Source of the DNA: Dickeya solani IPO 2222
Lineage (GTDB): Bacteria > Pseudomonadota > Gammaproteobacteria > Enterobacterales > Enterobacteriaceae
Reading direction: 5' to 3'
Assembly (NCBI RefSeq): GCF_001644705.1
Contig: NZ_CP015137.1
Location: 1,590,001-1,622,000 of the forward strand
Length of the DNA: 32,000 bases
This document shows, piece by piece, positions 8,592 through 16,499 of the stretch (its first letter is position 1; the number at the start of each line of letters is the position of its first letter). The notes below the pieces were generated by a model. That model saw only the letters and a list, made by a program, of their open reading frames with translations, was not told where the DNA came from and did not search any database. The position numbers and the translations under genes were made by a program.

Positions 8592-9728
8592 ATGAAAAGG
8601 ACGTATCACCTATTTCGCCAGATATCGCTTGCCGCCTGTCTGATAACCGCCACAATCAGCCAGGTCAGCGCCCATACCGTTTCACCGGTTACCGCCAATG
8701 CGATGGCCACCACCCGCGCTATCTACAACTGGATGGCGCACCTGCCGAATCGCAGCGATTCCCGCCTGCTCTCCGGCGCGTTTGGCGGTTACGCCAATAT
8801 CGGCGGCGATGATGCCTTCTCGCTGACCGAAGCGGAGAACATCGCCGCGCGCACCGGCCAGTATCCGGCCATCTACGCCTGCGACTACGCGCGCGGCTGG
8901 GACAGAACCTCGGCGGGTAACGAGGCGGATCTGGTGGATTACAGTTGTAACAGCACGCTGATCGACTACTGGAAAAAAGGCGGTCTGGTGCAAATCAGCC
9001 ATCACCTGCCCAACCCGGTATTTGCGGGCAACGATCCCGGCACCGGCGAAGGCGGGCTGAAAAAAGCGGTCAGCAACGAGCAACTAGCAGCCGTGCTGCA
9101 GTCAGGAACGCCGGAGCGTACCCGCTGGTTGGCTATTCTGGACAAGGTAGCGGCCGGGCTCACACAGCTGCAACAGCAAGGCGTGGTGGTGTTGTACCGC
9201 CCGCTGCACGAAATGAACGGCGAATGGTTCTGGTGGGGCACCACCGGTTACAACACCCATGACACCACGCGGATGAATCTGTATATCCGCCTGTACCGCG
9301 ACATCTATACCTATTTCACCCAGACCAAAGGGCTGAACAACCTGCTGTGGGTGTACGCGCCGGACGCCAACCGACAGGACAAGACCGGGTTCTACCCCGG
9401 TGACGCTTACGTGGATATCGCCGGGCTGGACCTGTATCTGGACAACCCGGCCAATCTCAGCGGTTACGACGAGATGCTGCGGTTGAACAAGCCATTCGCA
9501 TTAACCGAGGTCGGCCCGTCCACCACCAACCAGCAGTTTGATTACGCCCGACTGATCAGCATCATCAAAAGCAATTTCCCCAAAACCGTCTACTTCCTGC
9601 CGTGGAATAACGTATGGAGTCCGGTGAAAAATCTGAATGCCTCCGCCGCCTACAATGACAGCAGCGTCGTCAATCGGGGCGGTATCTGGAACGGCAGCCA
9701 GTTAACGCCGATTGTTGAAGCCAACTGA
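8592..9728 (+). CDS. Secreted glycoside hydrolase family 26 (beta-mannanase-like)
   Basis: ORF 8481..9728 is trimmed to the ATG at 8592, which yields an N-terminal Sec-type signal peptide MKRTYHLFRQISLAACLITATISQVSA/HT. The GH26 acid/base motif RPLHEMNGEWFWWG and a candidate nucleophile context FALTEVGP are present. The mature protein is about 350 aa. Confidence 0.85.
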   Translation: MKRTYHLFRQISLAACLITATISQVSAHTVSPVTANAMATTRAIYNWMAHLPNRSDSRLLSGAFGGYANIGGDDAFSLTEAENIAARTGQYPAIYACDYARGWDRTSAGNEADLVDYSCNSTLIDYWKKGGLVQISHHLPNPVFAGNDPGTGEGGLKKAVSNEQLAAVLQSGTPERTRWLAILDKVAAGLTQLQQQGVVVLYRPLHEMNGEWFWWGTTGYNTHDTTRMNLYIRLYRDIYTYFTQTKGLNNLLWVYAPDANRQDKTGFYPGDAYVDIAGLDLYLDNPANLSGYDEMLRLNKPFALTEVGPSTTNQQFDYARLISIIKSNFPKTVYFLPWNNVWSPVKNLNASAAYNDSSVVNRGGIWNGSQLTPIVEAN

Positions 9729-9762
9729 TGTTATAAAAAAACCAAGGTTATAAAAATCAATA

Positions 9763-9796
9763 CCATAAAAAACAGGCCCCGATATCGGGGCCTGTT
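9763..9796 (-). terminator. pgi terminator; the palindrome may also stop the convergent GH26 transcript
   Basis: A perfect 26-nt palindrome AACAGGCCCCGATATCGGGGCCTGTT (9771-9796) is followed on the minus strand by a run of six T. The plus-strand side has only GTTATTC. Confidence 0.8.
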
Positions 9797-9818
9797 GTTA
9801 TTCGCGTATACGCTGTAA

Positions 9819-11468
9819 TTACGCACGCCACTGCTTGAAGCGGTTGATCAGCCCGTTGGTGGAGCCGTCGTGGCTGCTGACGGTGCTGTCATCCTGCAGC
9901 TCCGGCAGGATACGGTTAGCCAGCTGTTTGCCCAGCTCCACGCCCCACTGGTCGAAGGTGAAGATATTCAGGATCGCGCCCTGAGTGAAGATCTTGTGCT
10001 CGTAAAGCGCGATCAGCGCCCCCAGGCTGTACGGGGTGATTTCACGCAGCAGGATCGAGTTGGTCGGGCGGTTGCCTTCGAATACTTTGAACGGCGCCAC
10101 GTGCTCGACATCTTTGGCGGACTTACCAGCCGCCGCGAACTCCGCTTCTACCACCTCGCGGGATTTGCCGAACGCCAGCGCCTCGGTCTGGGCGAAGAAG
10201 TTCGACAACAGCTTGCTGTGGTGGTCGCTCAGTGCGTTGTGGGTGAGCGCCGGCGCGATGAAGTCGCACGGTACCAGCTTGGTGCCCTGATGGATCAACT
10301 GATAGAACGCGTGCTGGCCGTTGGTGCCCGGTTCGCCCCAGATAATTGGGCCGGTCTGGTAATCCACCGGGTTGCCGTTGCGGTCAACGTACTTACCGTT
10401 GGACTCCATGTTGCCCTGCTGGAAGTAGGCCGCAAAGCGGTGCATGTACTGATCGTACGGCAGAATCGCTTCAGTTTCCGCGCCAAAAAAGTTGTTGTAC
10501 CAGATGCCGATCAGCGCCAGCAGCACCGGCAGGTTTTTCTCGGCCGGGGTGGTGGCGAAATGCTGGTCCATAGCGTGCGCGCCGCTCAGCAGCTGTTCGA
10601 AGTTGTCGAAACCGACGGACAGCACAATCGACAGGCCGATGGCGGACCACAGCGAGTAACGGCCGCCGACCCAGTCCCAGAATTCGAACATGTTATCGGT
10701 GTCGATACCGAATTCACCGACGGCTTTGGCGTTGGTGGACAGCGCCGCGAAGTGCTTGGCGACGTGTTTTTCATCGCCGGCCGATTTCAGGAACCAATCG
10801 CGCGCGCTGTGGGCGTTGGTCATGGTTTCCTGCGTAGTGAACGTCTTGGAGGCCACCAGGAACAGCGTGGTTTCCGGGTTGACGCGTTTGAGGATTTCGG
10901 CGATGTGGGTGCCGTCGACGTTGGAAACAAAGTGCATGTTGAGGTGATTTTTATACGGGCGCAGCGCCTCGGTCACCATGAACGGCCCCAGGTCGGACCC
11001 GCCGATGCCGATGTTCACCACGTCGGTGATCGCCTTGCCGGTATAGCCTTTCCACTCGCCGCCAATCACGCGCTCGCTGAACTGCTTCATCTTTTGCAGC
11101 ACCGCGTTCACTTCCGGCATCACATCCTTGCCGTCGACCACGATCGGCGTGTTGCTGCGGTTGCGCAACGCGACATGCAGCACGGCGCGATCTTCGGTAC
11201 GGTTGATTTTCTCGCCGGAAAACATCGACTTGATGGCCGCGGACAGATCGGTTTCACGCGCCAGCGCCTGTAGTTTTTCCAGCGTGTCGGCGGTGATGCG
11301 GTTCTTGGAGTAATCCACCAGCATCAGGTCGCCGAACGTGGCGGAAAAGTGAGAGAAACGCTCGGGGTCCTGCGCGAACAGATCGCTGATCTGCACCTCT
11401 TTCATCGCGGCAAAATGCTGCTGCAATGCCTGCCAGGCGGCAGTCTGCGTCGGGTTGATATTTTTCAT
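9819..11468 (-). CDS. pgi: Glucose-6-phosphate isomerase
   Basis: The ORF starts GTG-ATG (11471/11468). The ATG at 11468 gives a 549-aa product [16 protein letters not shown]... with the same length and N-terminus as E. coli Pgi, and it is collinear throughout. Confidence 0.98.
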   Translation of the reverse strand: MKNINPTQTAAWQALQQHFAAMKEVQISDLFAQDPERFSHFSATFGDLMLVDYSKNRITADTLEKLQALARETDLSAAIKSMFSGEKINRTEDRAVLHVALRNRSNTPIVVDGKDVMPEVNAVLQKMKQFSERVIGGEWKGYTGKAITDVVNIGIGGSDLGPFMVTEALRPYKNHLNMHFVSNVDGTHIAEILKRVNPETTLFLVASKTFTTQETMTNAHSARDWFLKSAGDEKHVAKHFAALSTNAKAVGEFGIDTDNMFEFWDWVGGRYSLWSAIGLSIVLSVGFDNFEQLLSGAHAMDQHFATTPAEKNLPVLLALIGIWYNNFFGAETEAILPYDQYMHRFAAYFQQGNMESNGKYVDRNGNPVDYQTGPIIWGEPGTNGQHAFYQLIHQGTKLVPCDFIAPALTHNALSDHHSKLLSNFFAQTEALAFGKSREVVEAEFAAAGKSAKDVEHVAPFKVFEGNRPTNSILLREITPYSLGALIALYEHKIFTQGAILNIFTFDQWGVELGKQLANRILPELQDDSTVSSHDGSTNGLINRFKQWRA

Positions 11469-11479
11469 CACACTACTCT

Positions 11480-11531
11480 TCGGTTTAAGAACAAATCGGT
11501 TTGAGAAAAAGTCGGTTTGAGAACAAGTCGG
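11480..11531. repeat. 16-bp tandem repeat, 3 full copies plus a partial fourth, directly upstream of the pgi RBS
   Basis: TCGGTTTAAGAACAAA (11480-11495), TCGGTTTGAGAAAAAG (11496-11511), TCGGTTTGAGAACAAG (11512-11527), then TCGG(TC). In the pgi sense the unit reads CTTGTTCTCAAACCGA. Confidence 0.9.
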
Positions 11532-11710
11532 TCGCCGGGCGAGAAATCCTGCCCGCTTTTTCCCGATTGTATCCCTTAACGTCGTACGGGGAAGCCCTTT
11601 TCTTGCGAAATGGCACGCCCCTGAACTATGTTGATCAACAGCAATGTTGATTGACAGCCGCCGCGTTACCCGCTATTTGTAAAAGCCTACTTGCGCACCC
11701 GTTGCGCAAG

Positions 11711-11900
11711 CCAGAAGAGGAGCGCCGCCCAGGCAAGGTATCGGAGGAACCGTATCCGACGAGGATACCTGAGGGGGAGCGGCGCCGAGGCAGACGTAAC
11801 GTACGGTGTTTACGCTGTCGACCGCAGGGGCTGAATCCCCTGGGTTGTCACCCGCATCGCTCCGCAAGGCGGAACGATCAGCAAGGTGGAGCGCTTCTGG
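11711..11900 (+). promoter_or_regulatory. Lysine riboswitch (L-box) aptamer in the lysC leader; the expression platform continues to 12020
   Basis: The P1 helix pairs CCAGAAG (11711-11717) with CTTCTGG (11894-11900). Blocks match the E. coli lysC leader as I recall it: AGAGGAGCGC, GGGGCTGAATCCCCTGGGTTGTCACC (11827-11852), GGTGGAGCGCTTCTGGGTG, and downstream CGCTCTTCCCTTGTGCCAAGGCT and CCCCTGACACGAGGT next to the start codon. Confidence 0.85.
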
Positions 11901-12020
11901 GTGTGCCGTAGCCAGTTCCTACGCTTGCCCCCTGCTTACCGCTCTTCCCTTGTGCCAAGGCTTAACGATGGAATGCTGTTGTCGATGACGACAATGACGC
12001 CCCTGACACGAGGTTTTTGA

Positions 12021-13385
12021 ATGTCTGCTAATACTGAACACTCACTGATTATCGCCAAATTCGGCGGCACCAGCGTCGCTGATTTCGACGCCATGAACCG
12101 CAGCGCCGACATCGTGCTGTCCGACTCGCAGGTACGCGTCGTGGTGCTGTCCGCCTCCGCCGGTGTAACCAACCTGCTGGTGGCGCTGGCGGAAGGTTTG
12201 CCGCCGGCCGAACGCGCCGAACATCTGGAAAAAATCCGCCAGATCCAGCACGCCATCCTCAACCGGTTGGGCCAGCCGGCCGTCATCCGTGAAGAAATCG
12301 ACCGCATGCTGGACAACGTGGCCCGCCTGTCGGAAGCGGCGTCGCTGGCGACCTCCAACGCGCTGACCGACGAGCTGGTCAGCCACGGCGAGCTGATGTC
12401 CACCCTGTTGTTTGTGGAAATCCTGCGCGAGCGCAACGTCGCTGCCGAATGGTTCGACGTGCGTAAAATCATGCGTACCAACGACCGGTTTGGCCGTGCC
12501 GAACCGGACTGCGACGCGCTGGGCGAACTGACCCGCAGTCAGCTGGCGTCGCGTCTGGCGCAGGGGCTGATCATCACCCAAGGCTTCATCGGCAGCGAAG
12601 CCAAAGGCCGCACCACTACGCTGGGCCGCGGCGGCAGCGATTACACCGCCGCCCTGCTGGGCGAAGCGCTGAACGCCAGCCGTATCGACATCTGGACCGA
12701 CGTTCCCGGCATCTACACCACCGACCCGCGCGTGGTGCCGTCTGCACACCGCATCGATCAGATTACCTTTGAAGAAGCGGCCGAAATGGCCACCTTCGGC
12801 GCCAAGGTGCTGCACCCGGCTACGCTGCTGCCCGCCGTACGCAGCGACATTCCGGTGTTCGTCGGCTCCAGCAAAGACCCGGCGGCCGGCGGCACGCTGG
12901 TGTGCAACAAGACCGAGAACCCGCCGCTGTTCCGCGCGCTGGCGCTGCGCCGCAAGCAGACGCTGCTGACCCTGCACAGCCTTAACATGCTGCACGCGCG
13001 CGGCTTTCTGGCGGAAGTGTTCAGCATTCTGGCCCGCCACAACATCTCGGTGGATTTGATCACCACCTCCGAGGTGAACGTGGCGCTGACGCTGGACACC
13101 ACCGGCTCGACCTCGACCGGCGATAGCCTGCTGTCCAGCGCGTTGCTGACCGAACTGTCTTCACTGTGTCGGGTGGAAGTGGAAGAGAATATGTCGCTGG
13201 TGGCGCTGATCGGCAACCAGCTGTCGCAGGCCTGCGGCGTCGGCAAAGAGGTGTTCGGGGTGCTGGAGCCGTTCAACATCCGCCTCATCTGCTACGGCGC
13301 CAGCAGCCACAACCTGTGCTTCCTGGTGCCGGCCAGCGATGCCGAGCAGGTGGTGCAGACGCTGCATCGCAATTTATTTGAATGA
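12021..13385 (+). CDS. lysC: Lysine-sensitive aspartokinase III
   Basis: The 454-aa product is collinear with E. coli LysC (KFGGTSVADFDAMNRSADIVLSD, GRGGSDYTAALL, C-terminal ACT region ... VQ.LH.NLFE). Confidence 0.98.
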   Translation: MSANTEHSLIIAKFGGTSVADFDAMNRSADIVLSDSQVRVVVLSASAGVTNLLVALAEGLPPAERAEHLEKIRQIQHAILNRLGQPAVIREEIDRMLDNVARLSEAASLATSNALTDELVSHGELMSTLLFVEILRERNVAAEWFDVRKIMRTNDRFGRAEPDCDALGELTRSQLASRLAQGLIITQGFIGSEAKGRTTTLGRGGSDYTAALLGEALNASRIDIWTDVPGIYTTDPRVVPSAHRIDQITFEEAAEMATFGAKVLHPATLLPAVRSDIPVFVGSSKDPAAGGTLVCNKTENPPLFRALALRRKQTLLTLHSLNMLHARGFLAEVFSILARHNISVDLITTSEVNVALTLDTTGSTSTGDSLLSSALLTELSSLCRVEVEENMSLVALIGNQLSQACGVGKEVFGVLEPFNIRLICYGASSHNLCFLVPASDAEQVVQTLHRNLFE

Positions 13386-13468
13386 TGCTGTTTGAATAAC
13401 GCGGTTTAATAACACGATGTAAATGGCCCGCCGGGCTGAAACCGGCCACGAGCCATAACGGTAGTCAG

Positions 13469-13502
13469 ATCCGAAACCCAATACGGGTTTCGGATTTTTT
13501 TA
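13469..13502 (+). terminator. lysC rho-independent terminator
   Basis: An 11-bp perfect stem ATCCGAAACCC (13469-13479) pairs with GGGTTTCGGAT (13485-13495) around a 5-nt loop, followed by a run of seven T. Confidence 0.9.
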
Positions 13503-13634
13503 TGCCTGCGGTCCGCCAGCACCGCCGCCTCCATGATCCCCGCCAATAAAAAAGGATAAACGACAGAGCCTGCCGCGGCGGAAAACACGATGTTTAAACA
13601 TCAAGGCGGGAGGAAAAGGGAGCGCGGTGAACGC

Positions 13635-14675
13635 ATGGCAAATCCTCGTGAAATTGTAGAGCTCAGTCATCACATACGAAAAATCGCCAATAACAAGATT
13701 GCCGATATCGACCACATCAACCGGGAAACCACGTTTCTCGCCCTGAATGCCTTGATTGAGGCGGCACGCGCCGGAGAGGCGGGCAGAGGATTTGCGGTGG
13801 TCGCCAGCCAGGTTAAACACGTGGCGTCGCTGATTAACCAAATCACCACCGACCTCAATCAGGAACTGGCAGGCTCGCTGTCAAAGCTGACCGAGCTGGG
13901 CGACAGCATGATTTCCCGGCTGCATGAGCATGAAAGCGGGCGCCATGTCGATCAGGCGCTGAATATGATCGACATCATCGACCGCAACCTGTACGAGCGC
14001 TCCTGCGACGTGCGCTGGTGGGCGACGGACACCGCGGTCGTCGCCTGCGCCGCCCATCCCGGGCGCGCCGAGCGGCAGTACGCCTCGCACCGGCTGTCGG
14101 TCATTCTGGCGAGCTATACCGTGTATTTAGATCTGTGGGTAACCGACCTGAACGGTACGGTGCTGGCGAACGGACGCGGGCAGGATTACGACGTCACCGG
14201 CCGCAACGTCTCCGACCTTGCCATTTTCCGGCAGGCTACAGCGACGAAAAACGGCACCGACTATGCGGCGGCGGATATCCAGAAAATCGCGCTGTTGCGT
14301 AATGCGGCGGTCGCGACCTACGCCACAGCGATCCGTGAAAACGGCGATGAACATGGCCGCCCGGTTGGCGTGCTGCTGATTTTCTTCGACTGGGCGCCGC
14401 AGGCCACGACAGTGGTTCGAAATGTGCGCCTGACGGATGAGGAGTGGCGGCATACACGCTGCCTGATTGTGGATTCAGCGTCGCGCGTCATCGCCAGTTC
14501 TGATGATGCGACTCCGCTGGGTGAACACTTTCCGTTACGCACGGAAGGAAAGGCGTCCGGGTACTATAAAGTCGACGGCAGAACCCTGTCTTTCGCGCTG
14601 ACGCCGGGTTATGAAAGCTATCAGGGTCTGGGCTGGTACGGCGTGATCGAACAGCGAACGGACACACAGGCATAA
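13635..14675 (+). CDS. Soluble protein with an N-terminal MCP signalling-tip-like segment and a C-terminal Cache/PAS-like region; function unknown
   Basis: The ORF runs 13590..14675. The ATG at 13635 ([10 protein letters not shown]...) is preferred, but 13590 is not excluded. [33 protein letters not shown] matches the highly conserved hairpin tip of methyl-accepting chemotaxis proteins. The rest has a Cache/PAS-like pattern ([20 protein letters not shown] ... GVLLIFFDW). There is no hydrophobic TM segment. Confidence 0.75.
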   Translation: MANPREIVELSHHIRKIANNKIADIDHINRETTFLALNALIEAARAGEAGRGFAVVASQVKHVASLINQITTDLNQELAGSLSKLTELGDSMISRLHEHESGRHVDQALNMIDIIDRNLYERSCDVRWWATDTAVVACAAHPGRAERQYASHRLSVILASYTVYLDLWVTDLNGTVLANGRGQDYDVTGRNVSDLAIFRQATATKNGTDYAAADIQKIALLRNAAVATYATAIRENGDEHGRPVGVLLIFFDWAPQATTVVRNVRLTDEEWRHTRCLIVDSASRVIASSDDATPLGEHFPLRTEGKASGYYKVDGRTLSFALTPGYESYQGLGWYGVIEQRTDTQA

Positions 14676-14722
14676 GCCATCAGGCGACGGCGCAACGCAT
14701 CGCCGCCGCCTCTTAGCATACC

Positions 14723-16369
14723 CTACATGGAAACCGAGGACTCTTCCCGCCCTTCGTCCTCTTCTTCCGTCACCATCAGCACGTTGTAGGCTACCGCGCA
14801 AAACAGCGAATTAAGCCGGTTCATATCGCCCAACAACCCGAGGTGCAGCGAACTGGTTTCCAGACTCTGCACGTTTTGCTGGTGCAACCTGTGGACATGC
14901 GCGTGGGAATAACGCCGGTTCAGAATGCGGAAACGGTGCTTGGCGCGACGCAACCGTCTGGCGCTGGTCACGTCCGACGACAGGAACACCGACATCCCCA
15001 ACCGCAGGTTGTTCATCAGTTGTTCGTACAGGGTATTGAGTTCGTCCTGCCCGGCGGTCGAGAAACCGCGCAGCCCATCTGGCGCATGCGCGTCAAGATC
15101 GCACACCACCCGCTCGATGATATCGCCGGCCTGTTCCAGATTGAGCGCCATCTCAATCACCTCCGCCCAGCGCCGGGAATCACGTTCATGCAACCCAGCC
15201 TTCTCAATCTGCGCCAGATAGAGCTTGATGGCGTTGTAGAGCACGTCCACGTCGTCATCCAGTTTGCGGATTTCGCGCACCTGCTGGTGCTCGCCCCGCA
15301 GCGTGTTTTGAAACATTTTCAGCATCTGTTCGATCACATCGCCGATGCGTAGCGTCTCCCGCGCCGCGTTAGCCAGCGCCAGCGTCGGTGTATCCAGTGC
15401 GCTGACATCCAGATGGCGCGGGCGCAACCGCGGATCGAGCTCCGGCTCAACCCGCACCAGATTGCCGCACAGCTCCGCCATACGCTCGGCAAACGGCAAC
15501 AGCAGCAGGCAGCGCACCAGGTTGTAAAACAGGTGGAAGTAAATCACCCGTTCTTCATCCGGCAACGGTACCGCTTCCATTCCGTCCGCCAGATAACCGA
15601 TGGCTGGCAACGCCGGCAGACAACCAATCAGTTTGAAGAACATGCTCCCCAGCGCCACCTGCCGCGCCGCCGCGCCCTGTGCGCTGGCATTCGCCAGCGC
15701 CAGAATGCCGCTGCCCAGATTGGCGCCGATCACCAGACACAACGCCACATCCAGAGAGATCACATGGCTGGCGGTCAGGGTGGCGGTCAACAGTACCGCC
15801 GCCAGGCTGGAATAACTCACAATGGCAAACACCGCGCCAACCAGCGCATCCAGCATCACATCGCCCGTCAGCGAGGAAAACAGCACCTTAACCCCGGCGG
15901 TCTGGGTGATCGGCGTCGCCGACTCTACAATCAATTCCAGCGCCAGCAGAATCAGCCCCAGCCCGATGGCAATCCGCCCCAACTGTCCGGCGCGGGTCTG
16001 CTTGCAACTGAGGAAAAAGATAACCCCGAGGAAAATCAGCAAGGGCGACAGCCAGGAGAGATCAAACGTCAGCACTCGCACCATCAGCGCAGTGCCGACA
16101 TCCGCGCCCAGAATAATCACCAGCGCCGGCGCCAGCGCAATCAACCCCTGCGAGACAAAAGAGATCGCGAGCAGCGCGGTGGCGTTGCTGCTCTGCACCA
16201 GCGCAGTCACGCCGATGCCGGCGAGAAAGGCCAGCGGCTTACGGCTCACGCTATCGCTGATCGTTCGCCGAAGGCGGGCGCCGTACACCCGCATAATCCC
16301 GGTACGAACAATATGCGTACCCCAGACCAGCAGCGCGATGGCGGACAATAAATGCAGCAGCGTCAACAC
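14723..16369 (-). CDS. yjbB: Na/Pi-cotransporter family protein with C-terminal PhoU-like repeats
   Basis: A GTG start at 16369 is preceded by GGGAGG. The 548-aa product MLTLLHLLSAIALLVWGTHIVRTG... is collinear with E. coli YjbB as I recall it, including RRLRRAKHRFRILNRRYSHAHV. Confidence 0.95.
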   Translation of the reverse strand: MLTLLHLLSAIALLVWGTHIVRTGIMRVYGARLRRTISDSVSRKPLAFLAGIGVTALVQSSNATALLAISFVSQGLIALAPALVIILGADVGTALMVRVLTFDLSWLSPLLIFLGVIFFLSCKQTRAGQLGRIAIGLGLILLALELIVESATPITQTAGVKVLFSSLTGDVMLDALVGAVFAIVSYSSLAAVLLTATLTASHVISLDVALCLVIGANLGSGILALANASAQGAAARQVALGSMFFKLIGCLPALPAIGYLADGMEAVPLPDEERVIYFHLFYNLVRCLLLLPFAERMAELCGNLVRVEPELDPRLRPRHLDVSALDTPTLALANAARETLRIGDVIEQMLKMFQNTLRGEHQQVREIRKLDDDVDVLYNAIKLYLAQIEKAGLHERDSRRWAEVIEMALNLEQAGDIIERVVCDLDAHAPDGLRGFSTAGQDELNTLYEQLMNNLRLGMSVFLSSDVTSARRLRRAKHRFRILNRRYSHAHVHRLHQQNVQSLETSSLHLGLLGDMNRLNSLFCAVAYNVLMVTEEEDEGREESSVSM

Positions 16370-16393
16370 GGAACTGAGCCTCCCTCAGTCGAA

Positions 16394-16421
16394 ATAGTTA
16401 TGGAAAAATAGTTATGGAAAA
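16394..16421. repeat. Perfect 14-bp tandem duplication upstream of yjbB
   Basis: ATAGTTATGGAAAA occurs at 16394-16407 and again at 16408-16421, 25-52 nt upstream of the yjbB GTG. In the yjbB sense it reads TTTTCCATAACTAT x2. Confidence 0.9.
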
Positions 16422-16477
16422 AATGGTATTCCCGCCCACAAAACCGGTGTACACCCCACTTGCGTCCGGTTTTAAGT

Positions 16478-16499
16478 CTGACATCTTACTGACATCTTA
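16478..16499 (+). promoter_or_regulatory. Pho-box-like 11-bp direct repeat (candidate PhoB/OmpR-family response-regulator site)
   Basis: CTGACATCTTA occurs at 16478-16488 and again at 16489-16499, followed by TCTGTTC. The 18-mer CTGACATCTTACTGACAT matches the Pho-box consensus CTGTCATAWAWCTGTCAY at 14 of 18 positions with the correct 11-bp periodicity. There is no good -10 hexamer at the canonical spacing. Confidence 0.35.

Noticed and set aside
8592-8642. The GH26 protein as a lipoprotein, because of L-A-A-C at residues 13-16
   Set aside because: The hydrophobic segment before that Cys is only about 5 residues, too short for a lipoprotein signal peptide. A standard Sec signal with cleavage after VSA (residue 27) fits better, although dedicated predictors should confirm this.
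9870-11273. A 467-aa ORF on the plus strand, opposite pgi
   Set aside because: It lies entirely antisense to a confidently identified, full-length pgi. The product is Arg/Gly/Ala/Val-rich and low in complexity, typical of open antisense frames in GC-rich genes. There is no RBS or homology signal.
12042-13040. A 332-aa ORF antisense to lysC; the same type occurs at 20147..21127 and 18263..18925 antisense to metH, 4028..4867 antisense to frdB/frdC, and 26373..27050 antisense to aceB
   Set aside because: All are nested in the opposite strand of well-supported genes, lack motifs, and have the composition expected for GC-rich antisense frames.
15413-16351. A 312-aa ORF antisense to yjbB, with a second at 15822..16397
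   Set aside because: The products are low-complexity and Q/R/H-rich. yjbB on the minus strand is full length and homologous to E. coli YjbB.
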